This document shows, piece after piece, positions 1-13,590 of a stretch of DNA of 64,000 nt. The translations under genes were made by a program, and so were the position numbers. The stretch is from Hypanus sabinus. Taxonomy: Eukaryota. The stretch lies in assembly GCF_030144855.1 (NCBI RefSeq), contig NC_082719.1, positions 81,716,001 to 81,780,000 of the forward strand, given 5' to 3'. Below the pieces are notes generated by a model. It had not been told where the DNA came from, searched no databases, and saw nothing but the letters and a program-made list of their open reading frames with translations. The first letter of the stretch is position 1; each line of letters opens with the position of its first letter.

Positions 1-166
1 CCCACACTTTTAGATTTAGTATTGATGACATATATTATCTGTATGTTTGCATTGATATTATTTTTGTGTATTTTTACTAATAAATACTGTTAAAAATAGT
101 ACCATCAGACTTCAACGGACCTCTCTATCTTTGCTGGTAAGTGACCCAGTTACGGGGTTCGTAACA
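1..166 (+). mobile_element. 3' end of an LTR (truncated by window start)
   Basis: AATAAA near 79, terminus ...ttcgtaaca, no primer-binding site following. Confidence 0.5.
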
Positions 167-559
167 CTAGTGCTACCTTTAACAGATAGCTAGCATGCAC
201 AAGATTGGCCAAATGGTTTCCTTTCCTGCAGGAATCACTATGGTTCTTTTTTTTCTACTGATAAAAAAAGGATATAGACATTAGTTTTAAGGCAATCTGT
301 TCAAAACTTTCCTGCCAACTCACTGCTCTTCACATGATCACTTGCTCTTTTAACTTTTTAAAATCTAATATTCTTATTCAGAATTGTGTTCAGAATGTAT
401 TCTATTGAACTTAACTTTGAAAATCTGATGTAACCATGCTAATTTATTTGGAATTTTGCACTCTACAAATTGGCTATTTCAAATAAAGTAATAAGCATTA
501 CTGCAGCCCACTAATTAGTTACTACCATTCTACTGGTTAATGTTTTATTAAATTACTGG

Positions 560-3180
560 AATAACTTGGCTACAGAGGGAAAGAACGACAGCTCAATATT
601 CCAGGTTTCCATTGCTTTGGACATGATTGAGCAGGGAGGATTAAAGGGGGAGGGGTGGCATTACCAGTCAGGGAAAATGCCACAGCTGTGCTCCATCAGG
701 ACAGACTGGACAACTCGTCTAGTGAGGCTTTATGGGTGAAATTCATGAATAAGAAAGGTAAGACCATGTTAATGGGACTATATTATAGAACATCCAATGT
801 CCACGGGACTTAGAGGACTAAATCTGTAGAGAGATTATAGACTGTTGCAGGAAATAAGGTTGTGATAGTAGGTGATTTTAACTTTCCACATATAGACTGG
901 GACTCCCATCCATACTGTAAAAGGACTACATGGGATTGAGTCTGTAAAATGAGTTCGGGAAAGTTTCCTTAATCAGTATATAGAAGTCTCAACAAGAGAG
1001 AATGCCACACTTAATCTGCTATTAGGGAATGAGACAGGGCAGGTGACAGAAGTCTGTGTAGGACTGTAGGGGAGTACTTTGCAGCTAGTGATCACAAGGT
1101 CATTTGTTTTAAGGTAATTATGGAGAACAAAAGGACTGGTCCTCAGGTTGAGTTTCTAAATTGGAGAAAGGCCAATTTAGATAATATCAGAAAAGATCTG
1201 GCAAGGGTGGATTGGGGTCAGGCTGTTTTCTGGCAAAGGTGTACTTGTTAAGTGGAAGGTCTTCAAAAGAGAAATTTTGAGAGTACAAAGCTTGTATGTG
1301 CCTGTCAGAATAAAAGGTAATGATTTCAGGTATAGGGAACCTTGATTTTCAAGAGATATTAAGATTGTTTAAAAAAAATAATCAGATATAGGCAGGTAGG
1401 AACAAATGAGATACTTAGGAGTATAAGAAATGCAAGAACATTTAAGAAAGAAATCAAGAGAGCTAAAAGAAGGCATGAGGTTGCCCCAATAGACACGGTG
1501 AAGAAGAATCCTAAGGGATTCTACAGATATGTTAGCAGTAAAAGGATAGCAAAGGACAAAATTGGACCTCTGGAAAATCAGTATGGTAAGCAATGCATGG
1601 AGCCAAAAGAGATGGGGGGAGACCTTAAATAGATTTTTTTTGCATCTGAATTTACTCAGGAGATGGACAGAATCTACAGAAGTGAGACAAAACAGCAGCA
1701 AGGTCATGGACCCTCTATAGATTACAGAGGAGGTGTTTGGAGGCAAATCAGGATAGACAAGCTCCAGGGTCTGACAAGGTGTTTCCTCGGATCCTTTGGG
1801 AAGCAAGTACAGAAACTGCCAGGCTCCGAGCAGAGATATTTAAATCATCCTTAGCAACAGGTGAGGTACCAAGATTGGAGATAGCTAATGTTGTTCCATT
1901 GTTTAAGAAAGGCTCTAAGAATAAACAAGGAAATTGCAGGTCAGTGAGCCTGGCATCAGCAGTGGAAAGATTTGGAAGGTATTCTAAGTGACCAGATATT
2001 CGAGTAATTAGATATACAGGGACTGATATGGATAGCCAGCACGGACTGATGCATGGTAGGTCATGTCTAGCCAATCTTATAAAGTTTTTCAAGGATGTTA
2101 CAGAAAAGTTGATGAAGGCAAGGCAGTAGATGTTGCCTACATGGACTTCAGCAACACATTTAACGTGGTCCCATATAGGATGTTGGTCAGGAAGGTTCAG
2201 TCGCTTGGCATTCAAGATGAGGAAGTAAATTGGATTAGACATTAGCTTTGTAGGAGAACCCAGAGAAAGGTAGAAGATGGCTACCTTTCTAACTGGAGGC
2301 CTGTTGTCTAGTTGTCAACACCACAAGGATCAGTGTTGGGTCCATTTTTTTGTCATCCACATCAATGATCTGGATGATAATGTAGTAAACTGGATTAGCA
2401 AATTTGCTGATGACTCCAAGACTGGGGGTGTAGCGGGCAGCAAGGAAAACTATCAAGGCAGCGGGATCTGGATCAGCTGGAAAAATGGGCTGAAACATGG
2501 CAGATGGAATTTCATGCAGCCAAGGTCTTACTCAGCGAGAATACAGGTCCATAATTCAGGTAGATAGAATCATTAAGAAATCTTTTGGCACATTGGCTTT
2601 CATAAATGAAAGTACTGAGTACAGGAGATGGGATGTAATGTTGAAGTTGTACAAGATGTTGGTGAGGCCAATATGGAGTATTGTGTACAGTTTTGGGAAG
2701 CTGCAAGATTGAAAGAGTACAGAGGAAATTAAAAAGGATGTTGCCGGGACTGGAGTACCTGAATTACAAGGAAAGATTGAATAGGTTAGAAATTTATTCC
2801 TTACAACATAGAAGATTAAGAGGAGATTTGATAGTGGTATACAAAATTGAGGGTATAGCTAGGATAAATGCAAGCAGACACTGAGGTTTGGTGAGACTAG
2901 AATTAGAGGTCATGGGTTAAGGGTGAAAGATGAAAAGTTTAAGGGCAATACGAGGAGAAACTTCTACACTCAGTGTGGCGAGAAGGTGGAATGAGCTGCT
3001 AGCACAAACGTTGGATGTGATTTCAATTTCAACATTCATGAGAAGTTTGGATAGGTACATGGATGGGAGGGGCATGGAGGTCTGTGGTTTGGGTGCAGGT
3101 CAATGGGACCATGCAGTGTAAATTGTTCAACATAAACTGGATGGGCCAAAGGGCCTGTTTCTGTGCTGTAGTTTTCTCTA
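560..3180 (+). mobile_element. Degenerate CR1-clade LINE (APE endonuclease + RT + 3' tail)
   Basis: Fragmented ORF2 motifs VIVGDFNFP, SDH, ANVVPLFKKG, AYMDFS, SKFADD, IERVQRK...RRLRGDLI; many frameshifts and stops. Confidence 0.92.
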
Positions 3181-3465
3181 TTATATTAATCAGACTAAAT
3201 CACATGGCTATGACAACCTTAGATTCAAATTTATCACTTGTACATCAAAACATACAGTGAAACATTGTTTATGTTAAGAACCAACCCCAATGATGTGCTG
3301 GGGGCAGCTCGCAAGTCAAGCCACACATTCCGGTACCAACAGAACATACCCACAATGCTTGGCAGAACAACAGCAAAGACAGCAAAACAGAACACCACCA
3401 TAGAGAACAACAACAGCAAAACAAGCCCCATTCTTCCAACCCACACACCCATGCACAAATGTAGT

Positions 3466-3836
3466 TAGAACCATAGAACACTACAGCACAGTACAGGCCC
3501 TTCAGCCCTCCATGTTGTGCCAACCCATATAATCCTTTTCAAAAAAAGTACTAACTCCACACTGCCCCATAACCCTCCATTTTTCTTTCATCCAGGTGCC
3601 TGTCCAAGAGGCTCTTCAATACCCCTAATGTTTTAGCCTCTTCCACTATCCCTGGCAAGTCATTCCAGGCACTCTCAACCCTCTATGTAAAGAAAAGGAC
3701 TTACCCCTGACGTCTCCCCTAAACTTTCCTCCCTTAATTTTGTACATATGCCCTCTGGTGTTTGCTATCGGTGCCCTGGGAAACAGGTACTGACTATCCA
3801 CCCTATCTATGCCTCTCATAATCTTGTAGACCTCTA
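3466..3836 (-). mobile_element. CR1 LINE 3' fragment inserted into another repeat
   Basis: EVYKIMRGIDRVD..LFP..NTRGH on - strand; ttctatggttcta tail. Confidence 0.8.
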
Positions 3837-4703
3837 ACACCAGGGCAGGTCTCAACCCTCAAGTGGACGTGGATTTGCAGACATTGGGCCTTTAACTTCC
3901 CCAGAGGACTCACAGAAATTCACAGGTTCTCTGGCCATCAGGCCTCAACTTCTGGACATCTAAATCGATCTTCAGTACCAACCCAGGACTCATCGATGAT
4001 GACAATGAGAACCCAAGCTCCATGCCTCAAGCTCCAGACTCACCAACGACAGGACCCCTAGCTCTAGGCCTCAAACTGGTCTTGCCAACTTGTGTACCTG
4101 CTGACCAGGGCTGGGCAACAGCCCTCATCCTCACTGGTCTGCAGTCCAGCTGACCATGTCCACACCACTGGCCTTCAAATGCTTAGACTCCGGGCTGCCC
4201 TCTAATTTCCTCACATCCCTGTCCGTATATCCCCAATTCCTCTCGGTCCCCAAACCCGTCCATATAAACCTAAAAAAAAATGTTCTTAAAATTTTTAAGT
4301 TGAGCCACAACTTCAATGGAGACCACAGCTTGGTGCTATCTTGACAGGGAGGTGATTATTTGAGCAGTTCTTTTATTACTTTGAGGGGATCAATGAATTA
4401 TGATCAAATATCATATTATTCTCCAAAATCTGACAATAATATCATGGCTGTTCCCCAATCATCCCTAAGTCACCATGGAAAATGCTTATCTGCCCGTTTT
4501 CAAAAAGACAATGTCTAACACATGGGCAAAATTGAGCCACATTCTTCAAATACAGCCAGTACCTAAACATAGTTGATCTAAACTTCTTACACTTTTCCAG
4601 CCTTCACCTTTCATACCAGGACTTGGAGATGCTTTTGTGATCCATATCAGGTACTAGATTTCCCTCCTGAAATTTCTGTCACCACACACAATCCCAAAGC
4701 TCA

Positions 4704-5170
4704 AGCAACACACACAAAATGCTGGAGAAACTCAGCAGGCCAGACAGCAGCTATGGTAAAAGAGTATAGTCATTGTTTCAGGCAGAGACCTCTCAGCAGG
4801 ATGGGGGGGGGGGGGGTAAGAAAAAGAGATGGGTAGATTTAAAAGGTGGGGGAGCAGGGCATAGAAAAACACAAGGTGATAGGGGAAACAGAGGGGGAAG
4901 GATGAAGTAAAGAGCTGGGAAGTTGACTGGTGAAAGAGACACAGGGCTGGAGAAGGGGGAGTCTGATAGGTGGGGACAGAAGGCCATGGAAGAAAAGGGG
5001 AAGCACCAGAGGGAGGCAATGGCAGGCAAGAAGACAAGATGAGAGAATAGTGCAGAAGATGGAGCCAATTACCGGAAGTTTGAGAAATTGATGTTCATGC
5101 CATCAGGCAGGAGGCTACCCAGACAGAATATAAGGTGTTGTTCCTCCAGCCTGAGTGTGGCTTCATCCTG
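4704..5170 (-). mobile_element. Penelope-like element 3' fragment (GIY-YIG C-terminus + pseudo-LTR)
   Basis: DEATLRLEEQHLIFCLGSLLPDGMNINFSNFR*, pyrimidine-rich tract, decayed hammerhead motif, ...ccagcattttgtgtgtgttg tail. Confidence 0.8.
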
Positions 5171-5267
5171 AGGCCCAAGGCTCAATCTTCTACAAAGCCC
5201 TCTGCTCTGCATCTGCAGTTGCATTCTCGCTGAAGAGAAATACTTGTAGGCTTCATAACATTTATAG

Positions 5268-6423
5268 TAGTGTTCGCCAATCTGTCGATTGCAATCGACT
5301 GGTTGATCTTTGAGACTTTCCAAGTAGATCCCGAAAAAAAGAAAAATAAATACACAAATACTGTTGAGAGATTGTTTCCATTCTTTCTGCCCAGTGCGCA
5401 TGCGTGTAGCTCCCCTGCACTACACAGTGTACTTCAGTGGTCCCCAACCACCAGGCCGCGAGGAAACGATACGAGTCAGCTGCACCTTTCCTCATTCCCT
5501 GTCACACCCACTGTTGAACATGAACCCATGTGAGGTCATCAGTCACCTAAACACAGTGATACCCTCGTGCCAGAGATCACTGGTTGGCCTTGCACGGCCA
5601 GCGGGAAGTGCCGATGCTACTGGCCTGGAGCGCGGACAGATGGGCGCCGCCTCTAAACCTGTTTAGCACTTCGAATGTTCGTGGGGAACCCGGTGCTAAA
5701 ATATTCGCAGCTGACCCAATTCGGGCTCAGGGTTTCGTAAATATCAGAGCAGCTACCTCGCTGCGACCTACCGAAGCAAACTTCTGTTGGCCGATAGATC
5801 CTACAAGGGGGGCGGGCGCGTCCTGTCACACTCCTCGCTTGGTCGCGCTCTCCGGACTGCCACCGCCGCGGCCCTGGCACGAGGACCTCTGGCCCTGACC
5901 TTTCCTCTCACCCCACCAACCTGGCCAAGGCGTCTGGCGGCGGGTGGGCGGGAGGCTGCAGTTTGGGCCGGGAGGCTGTCTAATGAGGCAATGAAAACTG
6001 CTTTGGTACCCTGAGTCCAAGCACCCTGCACTTAAAGACAAACATGTTGAGTTTTGTGAGCGGAAAAAACATGAGCAAGCGGGACAGAAGATAAGTGCTG
6101 AGAGCCGCAAAAACTAAATTGCAGCAGAATAGACTGGACATAAGGAACCTGCTTCGAGTATCGCTGTATTCCGGTCGTGTTTAACACCCCCGCCTGTCGG
6201 CCGGTCCATAAGAATATTGTCAATATTAAACCACTCCGCAGTGCAAAACAGGGTGAGTACCCCTGGGGTTTATACATTATTTCTACTTCCAGGTTGCGGG
6301 GTTTTACTTCCTGTCTTTTCTGCTCCGATGTGCATGCGTGTAACTAATCAATTTGGAGTCAATCTTGCATTTCACTAAGGCCGAGGTAGGGAATCTTGGG
6401 CTTAAAAAGGTTGGTGAACACTA
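5268..6423. mobile_element. Non-autonomous hAT (Charlie-type) DNA transposon, composite
   Basis: TIRs tagtgttcgccaatct / aggttggtgaacacta (14/16); 8-bp TSD atttatag/acttatag; internal second TIR pair at 5435 and 6265. Confidence 0.85.
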
Positions 6424-6874
6424 ACTTATAGGTTCTTCAATAATGCTGGTCGTTAAGAACAAATATTGACAATGAACAGCGTTCACAATCAGCAGTGGCA
6501 AATACAACGATGTATCAAAGTTCATACCACCTGGCACACCATAGTTCTTAGAAACGAATGCATGGGCTTAATACACACTGTTACTTTCCTTTAAAAGGGA
6601 CAGGCTTATAACAATAACTAGTTACACATTAGCAAACAACTATTTGCACGCAATATAAAAGTGTACAACTACTTACAAAAACACGTCATTCAGCTATAAA
6701 CTGAGCAAATACAGTATAGTTCTTCTCAATTCATGACCTTCTTGATGTCAAGACCTTATTCCAATATATGCTGCTAACTTCATTGATTGGTCAGACTGAT
6801 GACCTATGAACTGGTGCTTATAAGATTAACTTCATTAGTGAAATGACTATCACTTAGTTTCAACTAGTGAAAGC

Positions 6875-7335
6875 CAATCCCTCACCAGCATGATGGCATG
6901 AACATTGAATATTCTAATTTCCAGAAATGTCTCCCCCTCCTTCTCTCTTTTCTAATTCCAGTTACCCTCTCAACCCTTCTCTTCTCACCTGCCTTTCACT
7001 CCCTCTGTTTCCCCACCTCCTTCCTATTCTTCCATGGTCCACTGTCCTTTCCTATTCGATTCCTTCTTCAGCTGTCCACCTCTTCCAGTTATCCCCTCCC
7101 AGCTTCTCACACAATACCCTCTCCCTCACCCACCCACCTGTCTTTCCCCTGACCTGGTCTCGGCTATCACCTGCCAGCGTGCATGCCTTCTCCTCCCCTC
7201 TCTTGTTGGTCTTGCTTCTGCCCCCTTTCTTCCCAGTGCTGATGAAAGGTCTTGGGCTGAAATGCTAACTGTTTATTTTACTACACAGATGCTGCCTGAC
7301 TTGCCGAGTTCCTCTAGCATTGTGAGTGTGCCCTT
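6875..7335 (+). mobile_element. Penelope-like element 3' fragment
   Basis: DGMNIEYSNF terminus, CT-rich tract, CTGATGA(7239)...GAAA(7259) motif, conserved tail. Confidence 0.75.
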
Positions 7336-7428
7336 CCAACACCCAGTTGGCAGTGGAATCTCCAGTCACTTCCGTAAGAATATAGTGATTCAATTCTGCC
7401 AAGCTGAATGAGAAATCTCTAGCTAGAA

Positions 7429-7508
7429 TAAGTGCTCCAAACCTTTTTAATGCTATGGACTCCTACCATTAGCCAAAGGGTCTGTGGACCCCAGGTCGGG
7501 AACACCTG
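7429..7508. mobile_element. ~80-bp hAT-type MITE
   Basis: Degenerate TIRs agtgctccaaacct / aggtcgggaacacctg; no clear TSD. Confidence 0.45.
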
Positions 7509-7539
7509 AGTGAGACCACCATGTATGGACTGAACTCAT

Positions 7540-7540
7540 C

Positions 7541-7571
<31 letters not shown>
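7540..7571 (+). repeat. (TA)n(CA)n microsatellite
   Basis: Direct reading. Confidence 0.9.
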
Positions 7572-7572
7572 T

Positions 7573-8345
7573 CCGCTGAACATCGATGGCTCCTCGGTAG
7601 AGATTGTTAAGAGCACCAAATTTCTTGGTGTTCACCTGGTGGAGAATCTCACCTGGTCCCTCAACACCAGCTCCATAGCAAAGAAAGCCCAGCAGCATCT
7701 CTACTTTCTACGAAGGCTGAGGGAAGTCCATCTCCCACCCCCCCCCCCCCCCATCCTCATCACATTCTACAGGGGTTGTATTGAGAGCATCCTGAGCAGC
7801 TGCATCACTGCCTGGTTCAGAAATTGCACCATCTTGGATCGCAAGACCCTGCAACAGATAGTGAGGTCAGCTGAAATCATCAGGGTCTCTCTTCCTGCCA
7901 TCACGAACATTTTCACTACATGCTTCATCCGCAAAGTAAACAGCATTATGAAGGACCCCATGCACCCGTCATACAATCTCTTCTCCCTCCTGCCGTCTGG
8001 GAAAAGGCACTAAAGCATTCGAGCTCTCACAACCAGACTATGTAAGTTTCTTCCCCCAAGCTATCAGACTCCTCAATACCCAGAGCCTGGACTGACATCA
8101 ACTTACTGCCCTCCACTGTGCCTATTGTTCTGTTTATTATTTATTGTAATGCCTGTGCTGTTTTGTGCTCTGTATGCAGTCCTGGATAGGTCTGTAGTCT
8201 AATGTAGATATTTGTTCTTTTATGTAGTTCAGTGTAGTTTTTGTATTGTTTCATGTAGCACCGTGGTCCAGAACAACATTATCATTTTTACTATGTACTG
8301 TACCAGCAGTTATGGTCGAAATGACAATAAAATGTGACCTGACTT
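7573..8345 (+). mobile_element. Rex1/Babar-type LINE 3' fragment
   Basis: [15 protein letters not shown]...[14 protein letters not shown]...[17 protein letters not shown]...HPSYNLFSLLPSGKR; 3'UTR ending caataaaatgtgacctgact. Confidence 0.85.
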
Positions 8346-11300
8346 ATCCAATCAAGATATGGCAAAAAGGTAGAAGACCAGCGCTGATCTCGATGTTGGA
8401 ACTAGTTCTAAAGGATGGATGGCTCACCTTATTCTCATTATGTCTAACTGTGTGAATGTGAGAATGGCAGGCAGCTTGCCTACTATTAACAATACAAATG
8501 AAATTACACTCTCACCACAAAGCTTTTCTCAAAGGAAAGTGACAAGTATTGTGTAGTTTCACCCTCGACTCCAGAAGACCAGCTGAACACTTGCATAGAG
8601 CATAGACACACAGAGCAGTGGGTACAAACTTTGACGGTAACTAGTGACTGCTATGACTCTGAATTTAAGATAGAAAGCAGAATTAGATTTATTTGTCACA
8701 TGCCTATTGAAACAGTACAGTGACGTGCATTGTTCACGTCAACAATCAATACAGTTCTCATTTGTGCTGGGAGCGGCCACAAGTGTCACCATGCTTTCAG
8801 CACTGGCATAGCATGCCCACAATTTACCAACCCCTTGCTATGGAATGTGGGAGGAAAATGGGGCAGTCAGAGAAAGCCCAGTATGGGGAGAACATACAAA
8901 CTCCTTATAAACAGCGGCAAGAACTGCTGACACTGTAAAGTGTTATGCTAACCACTACACCACCGTGTCCCCATTAAAATGCCCTGTGGAATAAATCCAA
9001 GCGTAGAGCAGCAAACTCACATACAACTCCTTTACTCAAACCCACATTAATAAGTGATCCATCTTGATCAGATGACATCCTGTTTCAAAAATCAATTAGG
9101 CCAAATGAGGAGGCCTAACCTGCTAACTCCTGATAATGTTGTGTAACATTAAACTCACTGCAACCCAACATTTAGACTCAAAACCCAGGTGAAAAGGACA
9201 CCTGTAAACACACAAAACTACTCTTTCAAAAAGCAACCATAGCATTCCTTCAACGGGTAAACAATTATCAGTGTAATGAAAGAGAATTTGGCTGGTAGGC
9301 CCAATACCATCAGCGAGGTAGTTCTGGCAATGCAGGCCTGAATCAAAAGTACTTGTCAAGTTAACCTGGTGCGCTAACATCCTTGACTGTAGCAATAACA
9401 GGCGATATACTTATTTCCTCTTAGAGCAAAAAAGCTTTCACAAACCTGTAATAATAAGCTGATACGCTTGATGCACCCATTGTTACCTAATGAAAGAGAA
9501 CAAAGAAAATCCACATCACCTTGACAACTACAGGTGATATTGTGCGTTGCTGAAACTCATATCACCGTCTTTCAAGGTGCCATAAATAAGTCCGTTTCAA
9601 TTCTGAAGCACACAGACAAATCAAAATATTCCTACAAGTTCATGAATCAGGAGCAGAAGTAGGTAACTTAGCTTTTGAGGGGTACTTGGGAGGGGCTTAC
9701 ATGGAATAAATGCAAGTAGGCTTTTTGCACTTAAGTTGGGTGAGACTGGAACTGGAGGTCATAGTTTAAGGGTGAAAGGTGATATGTTTAAGGGGAACTT
9801 GATCCATTCAAGAGTGCTGCGAGTGTGGAATGAGCTGTCTGCAGAAGTGATGAAGGTGGTTGTGATTTCAATAGTTAAGAGAAGTTTGGATAAATACATA
9901 GGTGGGAGGAGGCTATGGTCCAGGTGCCGGTTGATGAAACTAGGCACGAACTAGATGGGCCTAAAAGACAGGTTCTGTGCTCTAGTGTTTTATAGCTATG
10001 ACTCCTCCAGCCTCCTCCAATATTTCATAGATCATAGCACAGCTGACTGCAACCTCAATTCTGCATGCACTCTCCCTACGCTAAATGATTATTCACCCGA
10101 TAATTTATCAAAATCAATCTATCCCTGCCTTAAAATTTGCAGACTTGGCTTCCCTTCCCTTTTGATGAATAGATTCCTGAAGACTTACCACCCAAAGAAA
10201 CAAAAAAATTGCTTCATTGTCTTATATGAGTGACCAATTATTTTTAAACAGCAAGCCCTATTTGTAGGTTCTCCCACCAGAAGCAGCACCCTCTATATCC
10301 ATCAAGATTTTCATGTTTCAGTCATCCCCTCTCACTCTGTTAAATTCCAGTAGATACAAGTCAAGCCTGTCCAAGTTTTCCACATAAGGCAACCTACTGG
10401 TTCAATGTATTGAACTCACAGACCATGCAAATCTGAGACTTGAAGATCTAAAATGGATTTATGAAGCATGTAAATGATGGAGGTGTTAAATAAAATCGGT
10501 TTGCCAAAGGCACAATTAGCAGAGACAGTTGGAGACCTGGATAGCAAAAGGGACAGGCACTGGTTCGAAAAAAATCCAAGGGGCAAGGTTTCAGCAATGA
10601 CAGGAAAGAGTCTATGGAGTGCAAGGAGTAGAACTGCACAGATGTCCTTAAATGAAATTCATTGTGGACTTGATAGAAGGACTTATCCAACCTATTCTGC
10701 AATCAGAGACTTTAGTGGCAATTTTTCCCATTTCTTTCCCCCATATCACAAAGAAACAAAAACAAAGCTGGTTTAAAGAGCAACATCTTCCAATGAACTT
10801 TCTGTTGATACAATGGCTCTTTAAGATATCACTGCAGCTAAAATCAAAGATCAGATGGGCTTGTAATTAACATTACATCTACTAACGTTAATGGACAGGA
10901 CATCAAACAAAATTAAAGCAGGTACGAATTCAAGTATATTTCATAAAACCCATTCATTGGTTTGCCATTACTTAGTCCTACAGTAAGGATTATCACTTAA
11001 AGGTAAATGAGAAAATTTTAATCAGTTTATTATCACTGACCGATGATATGAGATTTGTTGTTATATAGCAACAGTATGGTGCAACGACATAATTACTATA
11101 GATTACAAAAATAAATCATGCAAAAATAAAGGAATAACAAGGCAGTACTCATGGATCTTATTACAGAAGGGAAGAAGGTGTTCCTAAAACTGAGTAGGGA
11201 TCTTCAGGCATCTGTACCTCCTTTCTGACGGTAGCAATGAGAAAAGGGTTTGGGTCCTTAATGATAGATGCTGGCCTCTTGAAGATGTCTGGGATGGTGG

Positions 11301-11619
11301 GAAGGGTTATGCCCGTGATGGAGATGGCCGAGTCCACAACCTCTTGTGATCCAGCTCACGACGCCTCCATGCCGAGCTACCATGCAACAAATCAGAATCA
11401 TCTTCACTCCTACATCTGCAGAAATGTGCCGGAGACATACCACATCTCCTCACACTCCTAACAAAAGCAGAGCCACTGCCATACTTCCTAGTGGTGTGTC
11501 AATGTGCTGGTCCTGTGAGATAGGTGGACGTATGCCGGGAACTTGAAGGCGCTCACCCTTTCCACCGCTGCCCCCACCCCCCGACTTCCCCTTCCTGAAG
11601 TCCACGATAACTTCGCCTT

Positions 11620-12750
11620 GCTGACATTCAGTGTGCGGTTTCCGCTTGTAGTACTTACAACTCGCAATGAAAACGTCCCCTTTACGGATTCGATAATAAT
11701 AAACTAAGAAATAGATCATCAATTTGCAAAAATACCTGAGCGCCAACTAAATTTCAGTGCTGGCGTTTTTTGTTTACATTTTAACAACAAGAGATATAAG
11801 GTGACATACAAGTCTTGAGGATGGTTAGGTTAAGTTCGGGAGTTCTTTCTCGAAAGATACAGGCACGACTGGCCAAATATGTTCTTTCCGCGTCGTAAAT
11901 TCTCTGATCGGATAAATTCAAATAATCACGAAGACTACTGAGCACAGAGGAGAAATATTTTTCCTCTGCGACGTTAATATGCTTTACTTCACAACGCAGT
12001 GCAAACTTTGCCTTGCAGTAAGCAGGTACGACATACTGTAAAACGAGCGTAACGAAGATACAAACTGAACGAATCGGGAACGGAGTGTAATCAAAATCAA
12101 GTACTTACCTCGGTAGGAGACAGCTGTTCAGACTAACCTTACAGCGGTTGAAAATAACAGAATTTCTGGGCGAGAAGGAGCTAATTGTGGTTTTGTGATT
12201 TGATTAATCATCTAATAGCAAGTGTGCGTCCTTCTACTCAACTGGGTGTAATGTGCAGGTCCCGGGGGCACCTGTTTCTGCTTGACATACGCACGCGCAT
12301 TCCAGGCCGCGTTCCTGATGAACTCGGCTGGCGACCCTAAACCTGCTCATACTGATCCTGCTCCTCCATCAGTCGGCGTTGACCCGGACAATGGCCAGAC
12401 GTTACAATCGGCTGAAGCACGTCACCTTTTGCACGCAGGCACTGTCACTGCATGACTGCGGTCCACGGGAGACGGGCTGGGCGAGCAGTGGGGGGCTGCC
12501 TATGACCAGCCGCTGCGTCGCACCTTGAGAGATGCAGCTCGTTCGTTTTTATACTACCAGCTGCAAAGTTGTTAACTTTCCCTTCTTATAATTTTTTTTA
12601 AATTCTGTATTTTTTCGGTGATTTTTAATTTTTTTCCGACTTATAAAATCTGTAGATCGTTGGAGACTTTAGTGTCGAACGAACTCGGTGATGTATAATT
12701 CCCATGGAGCACTGAAACAAGTATTCAAGGATTGTTTGGTAAGAATGAGA
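11620..12750. promoter_or_regulatory. CpG island, probable (bidirectional) promoter of unidentified transcript(s)
   Basis: About 1.1 kb of non-repetitive CpG-rich DNA; consensus donor GAG|gtaagt on - strand (exon end 12109) and TTG|gtaaga on + strand (exon end 12738); CRE-like cacgtca near 12418. Confidence 0.65.
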
Positions 12751-12894
12751 TGTTAATAAACTGAGGAATATAGGAAGGAAAGGGTATACTCACCACAAGA
12801 CAAATCAAGTTTGCCATTTCTTCAAAGGTGAGGAAGAATTTCTTCTCTACCAAAGTCGTGATTGTGGACTTCACTACCTCAGAGAGCTCTTTAG

Positions 12895-13590
12895 ATCATA
12901 AGACATAGGAGCAGAATTAGGTCACTCGGCCCATCGCGTCTGCTCTGCCATTCCATTTTAGCTGATTTATTATCCCTCTCGATCCCTTTCTCTGGCCCGC
13001 TTCCCATAATCTTTGATGCCCTGACTCATCAAGAACCTATCATCCTCTACCTTAAATATACTCAATGACTTGGCCTCTATGACTGTGGCAATAAATTCCA
13101 CCGATTCATCACACTCTGACTAAAGAAATTTCTTCTCGTCGCTGTTCTAGATGGATGTCCCTCTATTCTGAGACTGTGCCCTCTAGTCCTAGACTTGCCC
13201 ACTATAGTAAACATCCTCTCGGTATCCACTCTGTCTAGGGCTTTGAATATTCAGTAGGTTTCAATGTGATCCCCCTCATTTTTCTAAACTCCAGCAAGTA
13301 CAGGCTCAGAACCATCAAACACTCCTCATATGTTAACCCTTCATTCCTGGAATTGTTCCTGTGAATCTCGTCTGGACCCTCTCCATTGCGAGCACATTTT
13401 AGAGCACAAGGCGCCCAAAACTGCTCACAATATACCAAGCGGAGTCTGACCAATGCCTTGTAATGCCTCAGCATCATATCCTTGCTCTTATATTCTAGTC
13501 CTCTTAAAATCAATGCTAACATTGCATTTGCCTTCCCCAATACCAACTCTACCTGCAAGTTAATCTTTAAGTAATCCTGCACAAGGACTC
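12895..13590 (-). mobile_element. CR1 LINE 3' fragment
   Basis: KANAMLALILRGLEYKSKD..LYKALVR..YCEQFWAP-like translation; tail tcttatgatc. Confidence 0.85.

Noticed and set aside
1369-2242. 145-aa and 164-aa - strand ORFs
   Set aside because: Antisense to the CR1 reverse transcriptase; a common LINE artefact.
7639-8013. 124-aa ORF resembling the DUF1891/ALKBH8 N-terminal-like sequence
   Set aside because: It is the C-terminus of a Rex1/Babar LINE ORF; similar fragments recur near 28400, 60100 and 61800.
10448-10776. Overlapping 100-aa (+) and 84-aa (-) ORFs in unique sequence
   Set aside because: No homology recognised and no convincing splice boundaries; length compatible with chance.
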